Counted from the first letter of the whole stretch, positions 1-12,935 are shown. The stretch is 63,896 bases of DNA, filler included, from Reticulomyxa filosa (GCA_000512085.1; 17 parts of 17 records of this genome joined end to end with filler, not necessarily neighbours in it), one strand, 5' to 3'. Notes: a model not told the origin generated them from the sequence alone. Translations and numbers: made by a program.

Positions 1-3000
1 GACAATGACAATGACAATGACAATGACAATGACAAAGGAAACAAGATCAACAGTAACAATCTTTCTGTCGAAACCAATGGATCGAATCATGGTAATAGCA
101 ATAGCAATAACAATAGCAATAGCAATGGTAATGGACATGACAATGACACAGATATCGATATTTCCATTGAGGTGGATACCGATGTCGACGTTGACGCTGA
201 TATTGATGTTGATGTTGATGCTGACGCTGACGTGAACGTCGACCAGAAAGCAAAGACGAATGGAAAGGCAGCGGATGATCAAAGAAAAGATAGTTCCACT
301 AACAAAATGGAACAAAATAATGAAAAGCCAAATTCCACGCTGCAAACAAATACGGCAGAGATGGAACAAAGTCACACCGATTTGATCTCGCGAGCATTCA
401 GTCGACACCAAATGTTGTAATCAATCATTTTGTTATATACGTCACAAATACACACTAGAACGTACAGAAACATCCCCTTTTATATATATATATATATATA
501 TAACCACTAATAACGATAACAATTGCAATGATGAATAGAAGACCTGGATTGGGCTCTCCAATCTTATTCAATGGTACCAATCTAACACAGCAGTCATATT
601 ACTGCAATGGACTAAACACTGGCAGAGACGCAAATAGCAATGGCCAAGTGGAGAACACGCTTGCAATAAAAAGTGCGACGAAACGAGGAGTGCATCATGG
701 TATTCATTCACCTTATTCCCCTTGTTTTGATTCCACGCATAACAACCACGTTTGCCAAGTGCCTATTTATGTTTCTTCCAAATGTCATTATATGATGGCA
801 TTACCCAACTTTTTCAGTTGGGAAGATTTGCTGAAAGCATTCAATGATATTCCTTGTCTGTCATATGCGCCGGAAGACTGTATATTAGTGTACACCAAAG
901 AGAAAGACAAAATCCCTTTGGTCGCTGATTTCTTACCTTGTGGTCCAGGAACGCAGCCAGGACAAAACAAAAAGAAAAAAAAAACTGTTCACGGTTTATC
1001 ATCGTCTTTGGTTGACGTCAAGGAAGATGTGGAATTGAATCATGAGACTATTGAGCTATTGCGAAGGTGCGACCCACTTTTTTATTTGAATGGTTACATG
1101 TGGTTATTAAGAAATCAACAAGGTGGGCATTATACACAATATACATTACGTATATAGATTTTTAAACGTATACACAATTTTGAATTGTATTCCCTTCCCC
1201 TTTGGACATTATATCCACATTACATAGAAGTGAGCGTTGACTTGAGTGCCTTTGCCCTTCGTGCAAACAAAATGATAAATCAAGGACGTTATGCAGACGC
1301 ATTGTCATGCTACCAGTCGATGCTTGATGAATCGCCCAACAATCCAAATTTACACGTTGATCAAGCTGACTGTTTGTGTTTGCTGGTATACGTGTCGTAC
1401 ACAATTTCTATATACTTTCTACACTATATATGTACACACACACGACTTTTGCAGATGAGACAATGTACGGATAAAAAAAAAAGTTAATTTGGTGACGAAA
1501 AACAGCAAAAATATGATGACGCGGAAAAGGCATATTTGGAAGCAATAAAAGCAGACGAGAATTGCTTTCGTGCGTACATGCACTATGCATATTTGTTGAA
1601 GTTTTTGGAAAAGATAGATTTCGCACAGTCTTATTACGAAAAGGGTTTCAGCGTGATTGATCGTATCATCAACCAGTCGAATCTAAAGCCGAGATCGTCC
1701 ATCAGTGATTTCAAACATCAGCAAGATAATCTTTGGCTGCACACCAGCCATCATTACTTTAAAAAAACGCAAGAGTTAGAAAAACATAAAATTCAGCATT
1801 ATCAGAAATTGTTCAATGATTTGCAATGCAAAGAAGAAGAAATAAGCATACTTAAAAAAGAAATGGCATCAATGCAACAAAACTTTGAAAAGAAAATGTT
1901 TGAATTTGAGAAAGATCATCAAAACGCTATCGTGCAATTGAAACAAGAAATCAGTCATCTCGAACATACCTTTCAAGAAGAAAAACAGCAATGGTTGCAT
2001 CGAACACAAAATACGACCTCAGTCGATCTCGTATGTGTCTATTTCGTCTTTCATTTTTTTTTTTTTGAGTAACGTATACGTTATCATTTTTTGTTATTTT
2101 TTTTATGATGAGAATCAATTGTTCCATCCAAACAACACAATAACAAAGGCAATCTCGGAAAAAAAGGATAAAACAAAATCGACCGACACAGGCAAAGCAA
2201 ATACCACCAGTGATGGAGATAAAGACAAGCGAAAAGACAAATGGGAAAACAAACTTGACAAAAAAAATCAAAGTGAAAGTGCGAACAATTCTCTGAAAAA
2301 TTCACGCGATTTATTGTTGCAAGTCCATCAAATGAAACTTTTGAACAAAGTGGCCGATTTGCAAGCAAAGCAACAAATGATGATTGAAAAAGTCAAATTG
2401 TGTCAAGTGTCGTGCGATTTCACTTCAGTTTGGGAGGAGGAATAAGTCAAACTTCTATTTATAACTTACTCACACTTTTTTTTTTAAAAAAAAAAAAAAA
2501 TAAAAAATAAAATTAAAGAATGCCACAGACGAAAAGCAAAGAATCTACAACAAGAGAGAATTACTGTTGGACGTAGTGCAAGAAATGAGTTCATGCAAAT
2601 GGAATTCATCGGAATTATTGCTGGTGTGTTTGTCAGCAATTCGAGCTAATTTGTTCCGTACATTACCCGATGGAAAGTCTACCCCTGCAGCTCAAAAGAG
2701 TGAGGAAGAACAGGAATTCAGAGACCCTGCCTGGTTTGTGCGAAGAGAAGGGACTGAGAGAAAGAAAAATATGTACATATATGTATGTACATACTAAGTG
2801 AAGGGCCAATACAATCAATAAATCGATAAAATAATGTCCGGTGGGGAGGGGTGCAAAAAAAAAAAAAAAGGGAACATTTGCAACTGGTATATGAACTCGC
2901 GTTTCACGTCGTAACGAATACCAATGTGGAAAAAAAAGCATTGAAAAAATACTTACAGGGGGCATTTTTACAACAATTGATACTGCTGTTTTCGTCTCCA

Positions 3001-4016
3001 GACAGACGTGAGCCACAGTATGTAAAGATTTTGGTCCATGCTATTTATGGCCGGTTCATGGCGTTGCGAAAGGCAGTGCGTAGACATTTATGCAATTACT
3101 GTTACAAATACATTTACGAAAGTGTCCAAAGTAGACCAACCTGGCAAGGTTTGCCGGAAGTTTTGGAAATATTTTCGAGCATCTTTCAAGGGCTGAATGT
3201 CCCTGTGAAGGGAGATTATCAATCGTTAATCCAAAAAGTGATTGTTCCATTGCACAAGACATTTCATTTGGTCGAGTTTCACGACCAATTGGTGTCGTGT
3301 TGTACGCAGTTCATAATGAAAGACATTCAATCCGTCCTTATCATTTTGAGGGCATTCTCAAAGTTATAACTTTTTACAATTTCATATTGTATGATATTTG
3401 CATACGTATACAATTTCATATGACCTTTTTTTTTTTTTTTTTTGTTGCCCTTGCCAATGAATGATGTGAAAAGTTTTGGCCAAAATTTAACCCCGCCAAG
3501 GAGCAGCTATTTATTCAAGAAATTATTCATGTGGTTGGCATTTGCACGAAAGACAGCAAGTTTGTCGCGTCTGCGGAATTTAATGCCGTAGTGACGGCGA
3601 CATTGGATCAGTTACTTCGATGTGCAATGTCCCCGCATCATCAAATAGCAGAAAGATCTTTGTCAGTGTGGAGAGAAGAGCCGATACAAACGTTTGTAGA
3701 TTCGAACAAAGAGGTGTTCTGGCCAAAAATCATTAATGTGTTGCAACACAATTGCGAACAGCATTGGCTTTCTACTATTCGCAATTTAAACAGACAAATT
3801 CTTAATGATTTCCAATTCCGAAATTCCGACTGGTTTCTGCGTTTCCAATCCCAAGCTTCCAAAACATTTGTTCCCAATAATGGCCATTACACTGACCCAT
3901 CTCCGGCAATTCTATCTTCTTCCAATGTTTGTCAATCTGCCCATAGCACTGATCAGCAAAAGCGGCGTCAAAAATGGGAGATCATTCGACAAATGGCAAA
4001 CTTGTCTTCAGATTAG
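1..4016 (+). CDS. 5'-partial multi-exon gene: Asp/Asn low-complexity region, unknown domain, TPR repeats, coiled coil, then PP2A B56 (B') regulatory domain
   Basis: Frame-consistent GT-AG introns at 417-538, 1123-1227, 1386-1505, 2031-2112, 2428-2518 and 2734-2870; the last (3363-3473) needs a 1-nt correction near 3350. TPR-like text: INQGRYADALSCYQSML and KYDDAEKAYLEAIKAD. B56 motifs: IRANLFRTLP, DPAWEHLQLVYE, LFSSPDRREPQYVKILVHAIYGRF, PLHK, FWPK, SPHHQIAERSLSVW, HW. Confidence 0.8.
2113..4016 (+). CDS. PP2A B56/B' regulatory subunit domain (C-terminal part of the 1-4016 gene)
   Basis: Collinear match to B56 family motifs across four exons (2113-2427, 2519-2733, 2871-3362, 3474-4016). Confidence 0.92.
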
Positions 4017-4900
4017 AGACAATGTTTTTTTTTTGTTTGTTTTTGGTTTTTGGTTTTTTTTTTGGTTTTGGTCTTCCGTTTTTCGTTTGTACAAACCGAT
4101 TGTGTCCAGTCTAATAATGGATGCATCGCAAATAAAGCTGTTGTATGACAACATCAACAGACAACAAATCAATAAAAATCGCTGCAAACTTTTTGTGTTG
4201 TGTCAAGGCGTTGTTTGTTGTCGCTTTTTTTTTTTTTTTTGTTGTTGTTGCCATTTTTTTTTTTTTTCTTTCTTTGTATGCAGTTACATTTGGAATTTTT
4301 TTGTTCCTGTTTTTTTTTTTTTTTTTCGTTGTTATGCTTTTCTCTTTTTTTTCTATCTGGTGTGGACAATTTTTTTTTCCTACGATCGACCTTCTGATTT
4401 TGGTCACCAATTTTTCTTTTTTTTAGATGAGTAATCCTATCTGCACTCTGCAGAATTACTTTTTTTTTGACTCGGTTTTGTTCTTTGTTTTCGTTTGCTT
4501 CGCTTTCACGTTTTCAAAAGGGGACATCCCACATTATGGCAAATTGGGTTGATTTAGACCACAAAATAGCGTTGATATGTTTGGCTCTAAGTGTATTAAT
4601 GACACTGTTGTACAAATTTGACAGACACTCATACATAATTTTTAGTCCTTGTTCCCTGGTAGCAATTGGCTGTCTTGATGCATTCATTACTTTTAGAAAA
4701 ACGTTGTCATCTAGTTATTGACCTGACATCACTACATTTTTTTTTCTTCGCTGCAAGAGATTGGTACAGAGCAAGTGCACTAATAAAGGTTCACAGTTAC
4801 AACAAAACAACTGTAGGTTTAAGGACTTTGCTTGTCGAAGGGAGCCGCTCTCATGTTACTAAAAAAAAAATCGTTGAGATAGCAAAACATCTCTTAAGAG

Positions 4901-7036
4901 ATGTTGTCAGGGTGTCTACAGCGACTAAAAATTCCACTCTCAAGACCAATAGTTGGTTGCCGAACGTTTTCAACTGGAATAATCAGTAAAACTAGTTATG
5001 GACGTTTTTTGGCAGTGCCTATAGTGTTAGTGATATCGTTTTACTATCAAAGAAACAAGGTCGAGACTTCAGGACGTTTGGAAATATTGGATCAAAATTA
5101 CTGTTATTCCCCAATTCACTGGTCGTCAATTATTGCATTGATCTACCCTGTAGTAGAGGGGTTTTATCGAAGTAGGTGGAAGTTGTATTTGTTTTATTTC
5201 TCTTTGTTTTTGGTGTATTATTTGCAAAGTATTTTTTAGCATGAAGTCAACATACAGCCAGAAAGAGAGCTGAAGAAGGGAAATATCTAGAAATTTATTG
5301 GACAATGTACTATGGGGACACGTATGTGTGTGTGTGTGTAAACAAAAAAGACAATGCCAAAGCGTATAATGCAGCAAAGGATTCACTTGATTGGGATGAG
5401 AATATAGAAATGGCACAAAAAATCTGGTTTGATAATGATGAATATTTTGAATGGAAAGATTATTACCGAAACTATTTTGCACAATCGGTTTTGCATAAAA
5501 TAAATGTGGAATCTAGTGTCGACTCGTTGAGCGTACCAAAAGAAAAAAATTCGATTGGCTACAGTGCATTAAAAGAAAATCTGATTGGCTCGATTACAGA
5601 CTTTATGTATGATCGATTAGGAGTTCATGACTCCAATGAAAAGGACAAAACTGAAAAGCGTCGCTCATGGATGTTTTCAGTTGCAAATGCAAATGACCAA
5701 TTATTGTTGGAACAACAAGACATGTTTTTTGATACATCTCCGATGACCACTAAGTTTTCTCACGAAGAAAATGCCAATGCACCTACTCCAAAGGCAAAAG
5801 AAAACTCTTTTCCTTCAAATGATGTAAAATATATTCGATTGGTGTTAGTCAACACATTACGATATAGCTTATCATTTGTACACAAATTTCAAAGTCTGCT
5901 ATTGCCATTGCAATCATCAAATTCGAGCTCATTAAATACTACATCACAAGCACAGTCTCAATCCTTAACTCCATCATCACCGGAATACATGGGCACATAT
6001 GGAAAATTTCTGTGCACAGAATACGAAGGACATGATATCATAATTGTTCCTTTGAAACCAATACCCACTGAACAGTCCACAGCCGGCTCTGAGATACCGA
6101 AAAAAGGACAACCGAAATCACATTTGAATATTGTCTTTTCTATTCCGAAGTTGTCCGATTTGGATAAACATGTCTTGCGCACTATTTCGAATGAATCTAT
6201 CTTGTCCACACTTTCTACAGCGACAACCTCACCATCACATGAGGTCACTGCTGTTGCGAATAAATCCAAAAAGGGAAATGATCATTCAAATACTCTTTCA
6301 AAAAATGATGTATGCCTAAAACAAGCCATTCATCCATTTGATATTTTGAAATTGTTCGAACAATATCGCATAAAGGCGTTGTCTGCACACAAAGACAATA
6401 ACCAGTCAAAAAATGTTTTATATGAAACTGAGTGTGGAGTGATACTACCGAAATTTCATATGAGTAAAGTACAACCAATGAGAGATCACTTCATTGTTGC
6501 AAGCGGATTAAAGCGTATTCTCTTATTTTTGTATCATGAGGTCATTCTTTTCTTTTGTTTATCATATATTTGTATTTAATAATTAAAACTGGAAAAAATA
6601 TCTCAAATTTGAAACAAAAAAGGACTTATGCCTTCTAAAAGGCACTACTGCATCAGAGATCAGCTGGAATGAAAATGGAAGCGAATGCAAAATTTCTACT
6701 ATTGCTTATTATGACGAAGGTTCTCGCTTTTGGGCTGGTGTTCGCCGATGGAAATCTTCCACTACTTCACTTTCTAAATTTATTAGCCACTTGGGAATTG
6801 GTACAGTTATTAAATCTTACATTCCCACTTCTTTGTTTCAATCATCAAAAGAAACAGTTAAAAATCAAAATAACGATAATACCACGATTGATCATACAAA
6901 TATCATTAGCAAACTGCTTGACAAAAACAATAAAGTCTTTGTCTTCGACAGACCTTTTGATTTCTATATTTGTGATGCAAACCGAGACATCTGTTATGTT
7001 GCTGGAAGTGTAAATGATTTTTCTTGTTTGACTTAA
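4901..7036 (+). CDS. Divergent serpin-fold protein with mitochondrial-type N-terminal leader and hydrophobic segment
   Basis: Serpin motifs in order: NYCYSPIHWSSIIALIY (s6B/hB), LVLVNTLRYSLSFVHKF (s3A), ILPKFHM, EISWNENGSE (s5A/hinge), FVFDRPFDFYICD...YVAGSVND (C-terminal signature). Intron 6541-6622 is phase 0 and in frame. Intron boundaries at about 5172-5350 are ambiguous. Confidence 0.78.
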
Positions 7037-7419
7037 CTTTTCTTATATGCAAATTACTTATTTTTAAAACTTCTAGCATGATAATTAGTATGTCGACACC
7101 TCAATATTAAAACATTGTCCTACCCCCCCCCAGTAAGCAATGAAAATTGTGACATGCACCAATTCTGGATAACCTAGCCTATGCTTAGTTGGGCAGGAGA
7201 GCCCAAGGGGCCAGCAGTAATGGGCCCTCAATATCTTACAATTCATCAAAATGCAATTTATTAGATCAAATGTTTTCTGGCAAAAATCAGAAGAACCAAT
7301 TATTTGTTTTATATTCATAAAAAATGGCAAACAAAAAATTAAAGTTTCAACTTGAACTTTAACAAAAAGAACATATATCGCAAGGTTTGTTCAAGACTAT
7401 TTAAAGTTTTCATTAACTA

Positions 7420-8248
7420 AGATATTCCAACACAAATATTTTTTTTTTATTTAAAATGTTACCACATTCACAATGGTTTTGAAGCACCAGATCTTCGAAA
7501 TTCATGTGCCTTTGGTACAAACATATGCATGATGACTCCTGTTCGTTTATTTCTTTCAAGGAGATCAGTGATATCCTATATCGTTTTAAAACAATATTAT
7601 TTTTTGGGATCAAAGGCTTCCCACCTTTGCCAAATCAGTTCCAGCACTCATATTTGGCCAAGTGGGTCTGTTCCCAGCACTTATCAAACTACATGCAGTC
7701 ACAGTTATAAAATTTATGTGGTGTCCCTTCTTCTGTGATACCAGTCATCCGTGACGCTGTGGGAAATTGCTCGTGGAAGAATGAGTAAAAAGAATGGCGT
7801 CTCACACCGAAGGAATTTCGAGATGAAAAGTACTCATCACCGAATACTCCTATTATTTTTTTTTTTGCTGTTGTGTTCAATGCATAACCGCTGTAGAAGA
7901 AGGCTGGTCTTTTTCCGACTACTTCCTTTGTCGGGCTAATTCCTTCTCTTGTCCTCCTCTCACTCTTCACAAAAAAAAAATAACAAAATAATACCGCTTC
8001 ACATCCCCCGACGACTTTCAAATAAGCAAAGCAAGTTTTCTCGTTACATGAAGATTCAGGAAAAATTGTCTTTGTTTCGTCTGTGGTTAATGAGGGTATC
8101 ATTTGAGGTGTTTGTTCTTCACTTTGATCAGCATTTTCACGTGACTGGTCTATGTCTTCCAATCTAACATAATATCCAGTGGTTGGCTTTGTATTTGTGC
8201 AATTATTGCTTTTGCGTAGGCCTCTTCGTCTGTCTTTTCGCTTTCCAT
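7420..8248 (-). pseudogene. Decayed gene of unknown family
   Basis: MESEKTDEEAYAKAIIAQIQSQPLDIMLD continues as LEDIDQSRE only after a 1-nt shift near 8162; downstream the frame runs on through in-frame TAG and TGA (…NCDCM*FDKCWEQ…CWN*FGKGG…). Confidence 0.4.
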
Positions 8249-8603
8249 TTTTTTTAATAGCAACTGTTCAAAGCTATTATAGCTTTTTCTTTTCTCAAAA
8301 AAAAAAAGGTTGTCCCTGTGCCATCCGCACACTTGTCCCTTATATTTTAAAGTCTTGAAAAATGCTTATATTGTTCTTTTTTTCCTAGTTCATTTGTCGC
8401 AAAAAAAAAGAAATCATACTAGATTAATAATTTTTTAGTTCATAGCCTTTTTATACGGTTCGTGACATTGCGAGAAATGTTTTGGAAAAATGTAAAAGAA
8501 TATTTCAAAAACAATAATGGAAATGTACTTATTTTGAAAAGATTAAGGTACAATAAAAAAAAAAAATTAAACTACTTTTGGTGTGCAAACGTTAAAAAAA
8601 GGT

Positions 8604-9447
8604 CTATTTTTCTTGCACATGGCTAGAGCCCAGCACTTCAAAAATGCGTCCACTCAATCCACTGTAAATACTTCTTATATAAGCCAAGGCCACATCTGGT
8701 CCTTCCACAGGCTTGAAGCCTCTCGTGACGCTACCAAAATGAGGAACAGTTTCAACAAGCAATCCTGGGCTCACCGCATTGACTCTGATTCCTCGAGGCA
8801 TTTCAGTTGCAACCGCTCGGACAAACGAGTTGACAGCGCCATTGACAGCAGACAAACCAGCGGCAAGAGGAACTACAAGTTGGTCTAACATACCTGTTGT
8901 CAACGTTATGGTACCCTTTTCATTGATGCTGCTGTTCTTTGCGGCTTGCAACACAACGTCGATTTGGCCAAAGGCTTTACTGTTGAAGCCTTTTGCAATG
9001 TCCTCTTTCGTCAATTTCGACACTGGACCAAATGGGCCGTCACTTTTTTTTTTTTTAAAAAAATTTTATTTTTACTTTTTTTAGTAGCCTTGCAAACAGA
9101 CAACCAGTAAAAAAAAAAAAATTACTACCCTGCGGAAATGATCAAGTGGTCAATTTCCTTTACGTGGCTAAAAAAGCTCTCCACTGATTTGGTGTCGCTA
9201 ATGTCCACGTCAACATATCGTTCCTCAGATTTTTTATCTTTTTTAGGACGGCCTCCAATCCATATTTCTGCCGTTTTGTCGTTCTCTTTCAATGCCTTCA
9301 CAATGTACTTTCCGATTGTTCCATGACCGCCAATCACCACAATCTTCAACTTTTTTGTTGTCCTGTTCGAGTTTTTTGTTTTTGTTTTGCTTGCTTTTTT
9401 TATCGAGTTTTTATGTGCAATTTTTTAGTGCTTAACGCTTGGGCCAT
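8604..9447 (-). CDS. Short-chain dehydrogenase/reductase, bacterial PRK07578/Lin1944-like type, 3 exons
   Basis: Exons 9447-9437, 9362-9129, 9042-8604 splice to MAQATTKKLKIVVIGGHGTIG…VDISD…IISAGDGPFGP…SKAFGQI…ITLTTG…VNGAVNSFVRAVATEMPRGIRVNAVSPG…GFKPV…VALAYIRSI. Has a Rossmann glycine motif and lacks canonical YxxxK, as in that subgroup. Confidence 0.88.
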
Positions 9448-9489
9448 AATTATTACTATTAACGAACTTAAAATAAAGTTACTATTAAC

Positions 9490-9589
9490 NNNNNNNNNNN
9501 NNNNNNNNNNNNNNNNNNNNNNNNNNNNNNNNNTTAATTAATTAANNNNNNNNNNNNNNNNNNNNNNNNNNNNNNNNNNNNNNNNNNNN
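9490..9589. other. Artificial contig spacer N44-TTAATTAATTAA-N44; identical copies start at 13112, 18917, 25538, 30170, 33910, 37798, 40066, 43502, 44901, 47172, 48498, 56266, 60373, 61607 and 62786
   Basis: Sixteen identical 100-nt blocks whose palindromic 12-mer gives stop codons in all six frames. Confidence 0.98.
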
Positions 9590-9629
9590 ATATATATATA
9601 TATATATATACATATATATGTATATGTAT

Positions 9630-10874
9630 ATATTCTAAGAGAAGCGAAACAAAATGCTGCAGCTTCTTGTTGAAGACCAACATTTTCATATGGAGAATGG
9701 ACGACACTTCTGGGTCCATGCTATAATCACCGATGTTTTTGTCGATAGTAATGACGGACCCTTCAAAGTCCCAACGTGCGTCACTCTTGCCGTCGTCTTC
9801 ATCGTTGCCATCATCGCCCGCGCCGACTCGCTTTTGCTGCTGTTGTTGTTGTTGCTGTTGTTGATGTTGTTGATGTTGTTGTTGTTGTTGTTGTTGTTGC
9901 ATTTGGGTTTGCTTCAATGGCCGCAATTCAGTTTCTTTTTCGTCGTTTTCACTTTCATTGTCGACGTCTTCTCGAATGCGTGTGGTCTTGAGATTTTCCT
10001 CATTGTCGCCGTTGTCATCATTGTCATTGTCATTGTCATTGTCATCGTCATTGACATTGAGATTGAGATTGTTGTCCTTTTCATACTCATCGTCACTTTC
10101 ATCGCCATCATCATCGTCATCGTCATCGTCACTTTCGTCGTCATCACTTTCGTCATCATCACTTTCATCGTCGTTATTACCATTGCCATTACGATTGTCA
10201 TGGTCATTCTCTTCTCTTTGGACGGCCTTTGCTTTGTTGGCATTGTTGTGATTGTCCAATGAAAAGTGCTGTTTCCCTCGTCCACTGGACGTTGTGGACA
10301 ACTGCCCCAGTCCAACAATAGTCTCGATCCCGGGAGAGATCAGGCGTGTCGGGATATGTTTTTTGACCGTCGAATCCAATGTATCCAAACTGGGCGCATG
10401 CGATCCCTCGGAATCACTGCTTTGGCTCGCTTCACTCGAGTTGGACGACGCAAGTTCTTTTTTTTTAATTTGGAGTCCATTGCCATTAAAAAAAAGGGGG
10501 GGGGTAAAAAAAATTTTAAAAAACATCGAGCCAAAAAACTTTTTTTATAACCAATGGGGGAAAAAAAAAAAAAAAAGCAGAGGCGCAGTATAACTAACAC
10601 CTGCCTCGCCCTCTTTTTTTGAAAACAATTGGGCTTCACAAAGCCCGTAAGCAGAGATCAAGGACAAGAAGAAGAAAAAAGATAAAGGAAAGAGTTTGCA
10701 CCTACTTTGGTTGCGCTTGACACGAAGACCTGGAGAAAAAGGACGATGCTGCAATGCGTCACCGTCATTTCTCACTTTCGAAGAAAACGAAACATTGAAA
10801 TTGCTGCTTTTGTTTTGCATCATTGACTCTGAAGGTGATGCCACTATACCTATTCCACCGACACAATATACATA

Positions 10875-10921
<47 letters not shown>

Positions 10922-11317
10922 ATTAAAAAATATTTGTTTACGCATTTGTTGTGTGGCTCGGATTGCATCTGGAAGGGTATCTTGCAGTCTTTGTTCAGAA
11001 GGGGCAACCATGACATGGTCTTTGTCTTTTTGTTGCTTGTGCTTATGTTTGTGCTTGTGTCTCTGCTCGTCGACCGGCGCCAACTTTGGTGTTTGCAATA
11101 AAATAGATTGGCGCTTTTGCTCTTGCATAATCGAATGTGACAGTGACGTCCTTCGGAAATAGATACTCGAGCCCTTTTCATCCTCGATCGTCGAGTCCTC
11201 CACTTTACTTGTCGGCCAGGGTTTTCCAAACTCCGCCCTATTTTTCATAGACGCTGTTCTTTTCAATTGGATTTCCATGTTCCCATTACCATTTGCTGTA
11301 CTGCTTGTTGCATTTAA

Positions 11318-11356
<39 letters not shown>

Positions 11357-12105
11357 GTTATTGCTATTGTGTTTGTTTGTATCTTCGTCTTTTGCATTCT
11401 CTTTGCTATTGTTTTTTTTTCTATGTCCAAAGTCTTTGTCTGCATTTGCTTCAACCACTCCGTCTTTATGTGCGACGGTCTTGTGTTTCGTTCTATTCTT
11501 TTTGCTCTTGCTTTTACTTTTACTTTTGCTTTTGCTCCTGCTTTTACTTGTGTTTTTGTTTTTTTTCTCTAAAATGTCGGCTTCATTGTCACGACCCAAC
11601 AACTTCATGTCATTTCTTCCCGTCACTTCTTTGTCACCACATCACAATATGTTCAGTCAAGTCAACCAAAAAAAAAAAATTGTCATATACACAATTTTTG
11701 AAAGTAGTTTGTTGTACCCTCCAAACCATACAAAACACAAACCAACAAACCAAAAAAACAACACATTCAAAAATAATTGCTACAGCCTTTTTGTGTACGT
11801 TTTCTATCTTTCATTTACAAAAAGTTTAAACTGTCAATTTTTTGAGAAGGTGAAAATTCCGATACATTCATTTCCTTTTTCTTTTCGTTATGTTCATCCT
11901 CGCTGTAGCTGTTTCTTCTGGATGATTTTCTTGTCCTGCTTTCGCCATTGTTTTTTTGGTTGTTTTCTTGACCTTTATTTTTTCTCGCTGTACTTGTTCT
12001 AGGTAACTGTTCATTGGTGTTTGTTTGATTGATCAACCAACATACACAGATGTTATCTGTTTTATTTTTCCTTTTTCTACAACTATTTTGCTTTTTGCTC
12101 ATCAT
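9630..12105 (-). CDS. Multi-exon low-complexity protein (Lys/Ser, poly-Asn, Asp/Glu, poly-Gln tracts), 3'-partial, function unknown
   Basis: Hydrophilic minus-strand ORF blocks (about 12105-11860, 11626-10935, 10870-10690, 10465-9640) separated by AT-rich intron-like segments; exon borders approximate; no domain recognised. Confidence 0.55.
10870..10922. repeat. (GTATAT)n microsatellite, intronic; similar tract near 26813-26843
   Basis: Tandem hexamer visible directly. Confidence 0.9.
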
Positions 12106-12694
12106 CTCATGACTTACCTCTGTTTTAATGACATTACATTGATTTTAGAAAAAGGGAAAAAAAAAAAATTGTTCAATTTTTTTTTTTAATGAGAAGATAT
12201 AAAAGGCATATTATATTTCAGTTTTATGTTTTTGGAGTGAGAATTGATTCGTCACACTTGAAGTTGCATCGTTTATGTTAGTTTTTTTTGGTACTAACAA
12301 AAAAATGAGATCAGAGAGCACGAGATTTTCAAAAGTTTAGGTTCACACAAAGATAGTGGTGCACGCACACACATTTAAAAACCACCCTCCCTCCATCATC
12401 CTTACCCAAAAATAATTGAATGAATAAAATCACCAATTTCCCCTTTCAGCCCTTCCAAAATTCGGAAATGGTTTCAGTTCAGTTTATACTGACACTGCTT
12501 GCGATACATCAGGCTCTGTGGAAAAAGCATTTCAAACATTTACAATGTCACACAAATTGGAGAATCAAAGACCATCCATTGCAGAGAAAAAAAAAATACA
12601 AAAAGAATAAAAATAATTTTATTTACATATTTCATATATTATATATGTATATGTTTTATAAACAAAATATACATATATAAACATATTTGAATAC

Positions 12695-12935
12695 CAAGTG
12701 CAACAGGTTCGTCTTTCTTATCGGTTTGCTGTTTGTTATCACTAGCAGTTGCTTTCGTGGTATCTTCAGGTGCAGAAGAAGACGCCGGAGCACTTTCGGT
12801 CGACGTTGTCGCAGTTGCTGCGTTTTTCTCTTCTGCTTTTTCATCACTTTTGGCGACCTCTTCAAAGTTTTCACTAACCAATTTCGGTACCTCATCTGCA
12901 CCGAAATTCGAGTGTTTCAGCAGCTGTGCTAAGTT
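12695..12935 (-). CDS. Probable 3' exon of nascent-polypeptide-associated complex beta (BTF3/EGD1-like)
   Basis: NLAQLLKHSNFGADEVPKLVSENFEEVAK resembles the BTF3 C-terminal DEVPDLVENFDEASK motif; upstream exons lie beyond the contig end. Confidence 0.5.

Noticed and set aside
4020-4470. Phe-rich and Lys-rich ORFs as membrane proteins
   Set aside because: Translation of poly-T tracts in the 3' UTR/intergenic region.
9654-12002. Long hydrophobic plus-strand ORFs (poly-Leu/Val/Ile/Tyr)
   Set aside because: Antisense shadows of trinucleotide repeats in the minus-strand gene; the same applies at 30583-31047 and 33377-33875.
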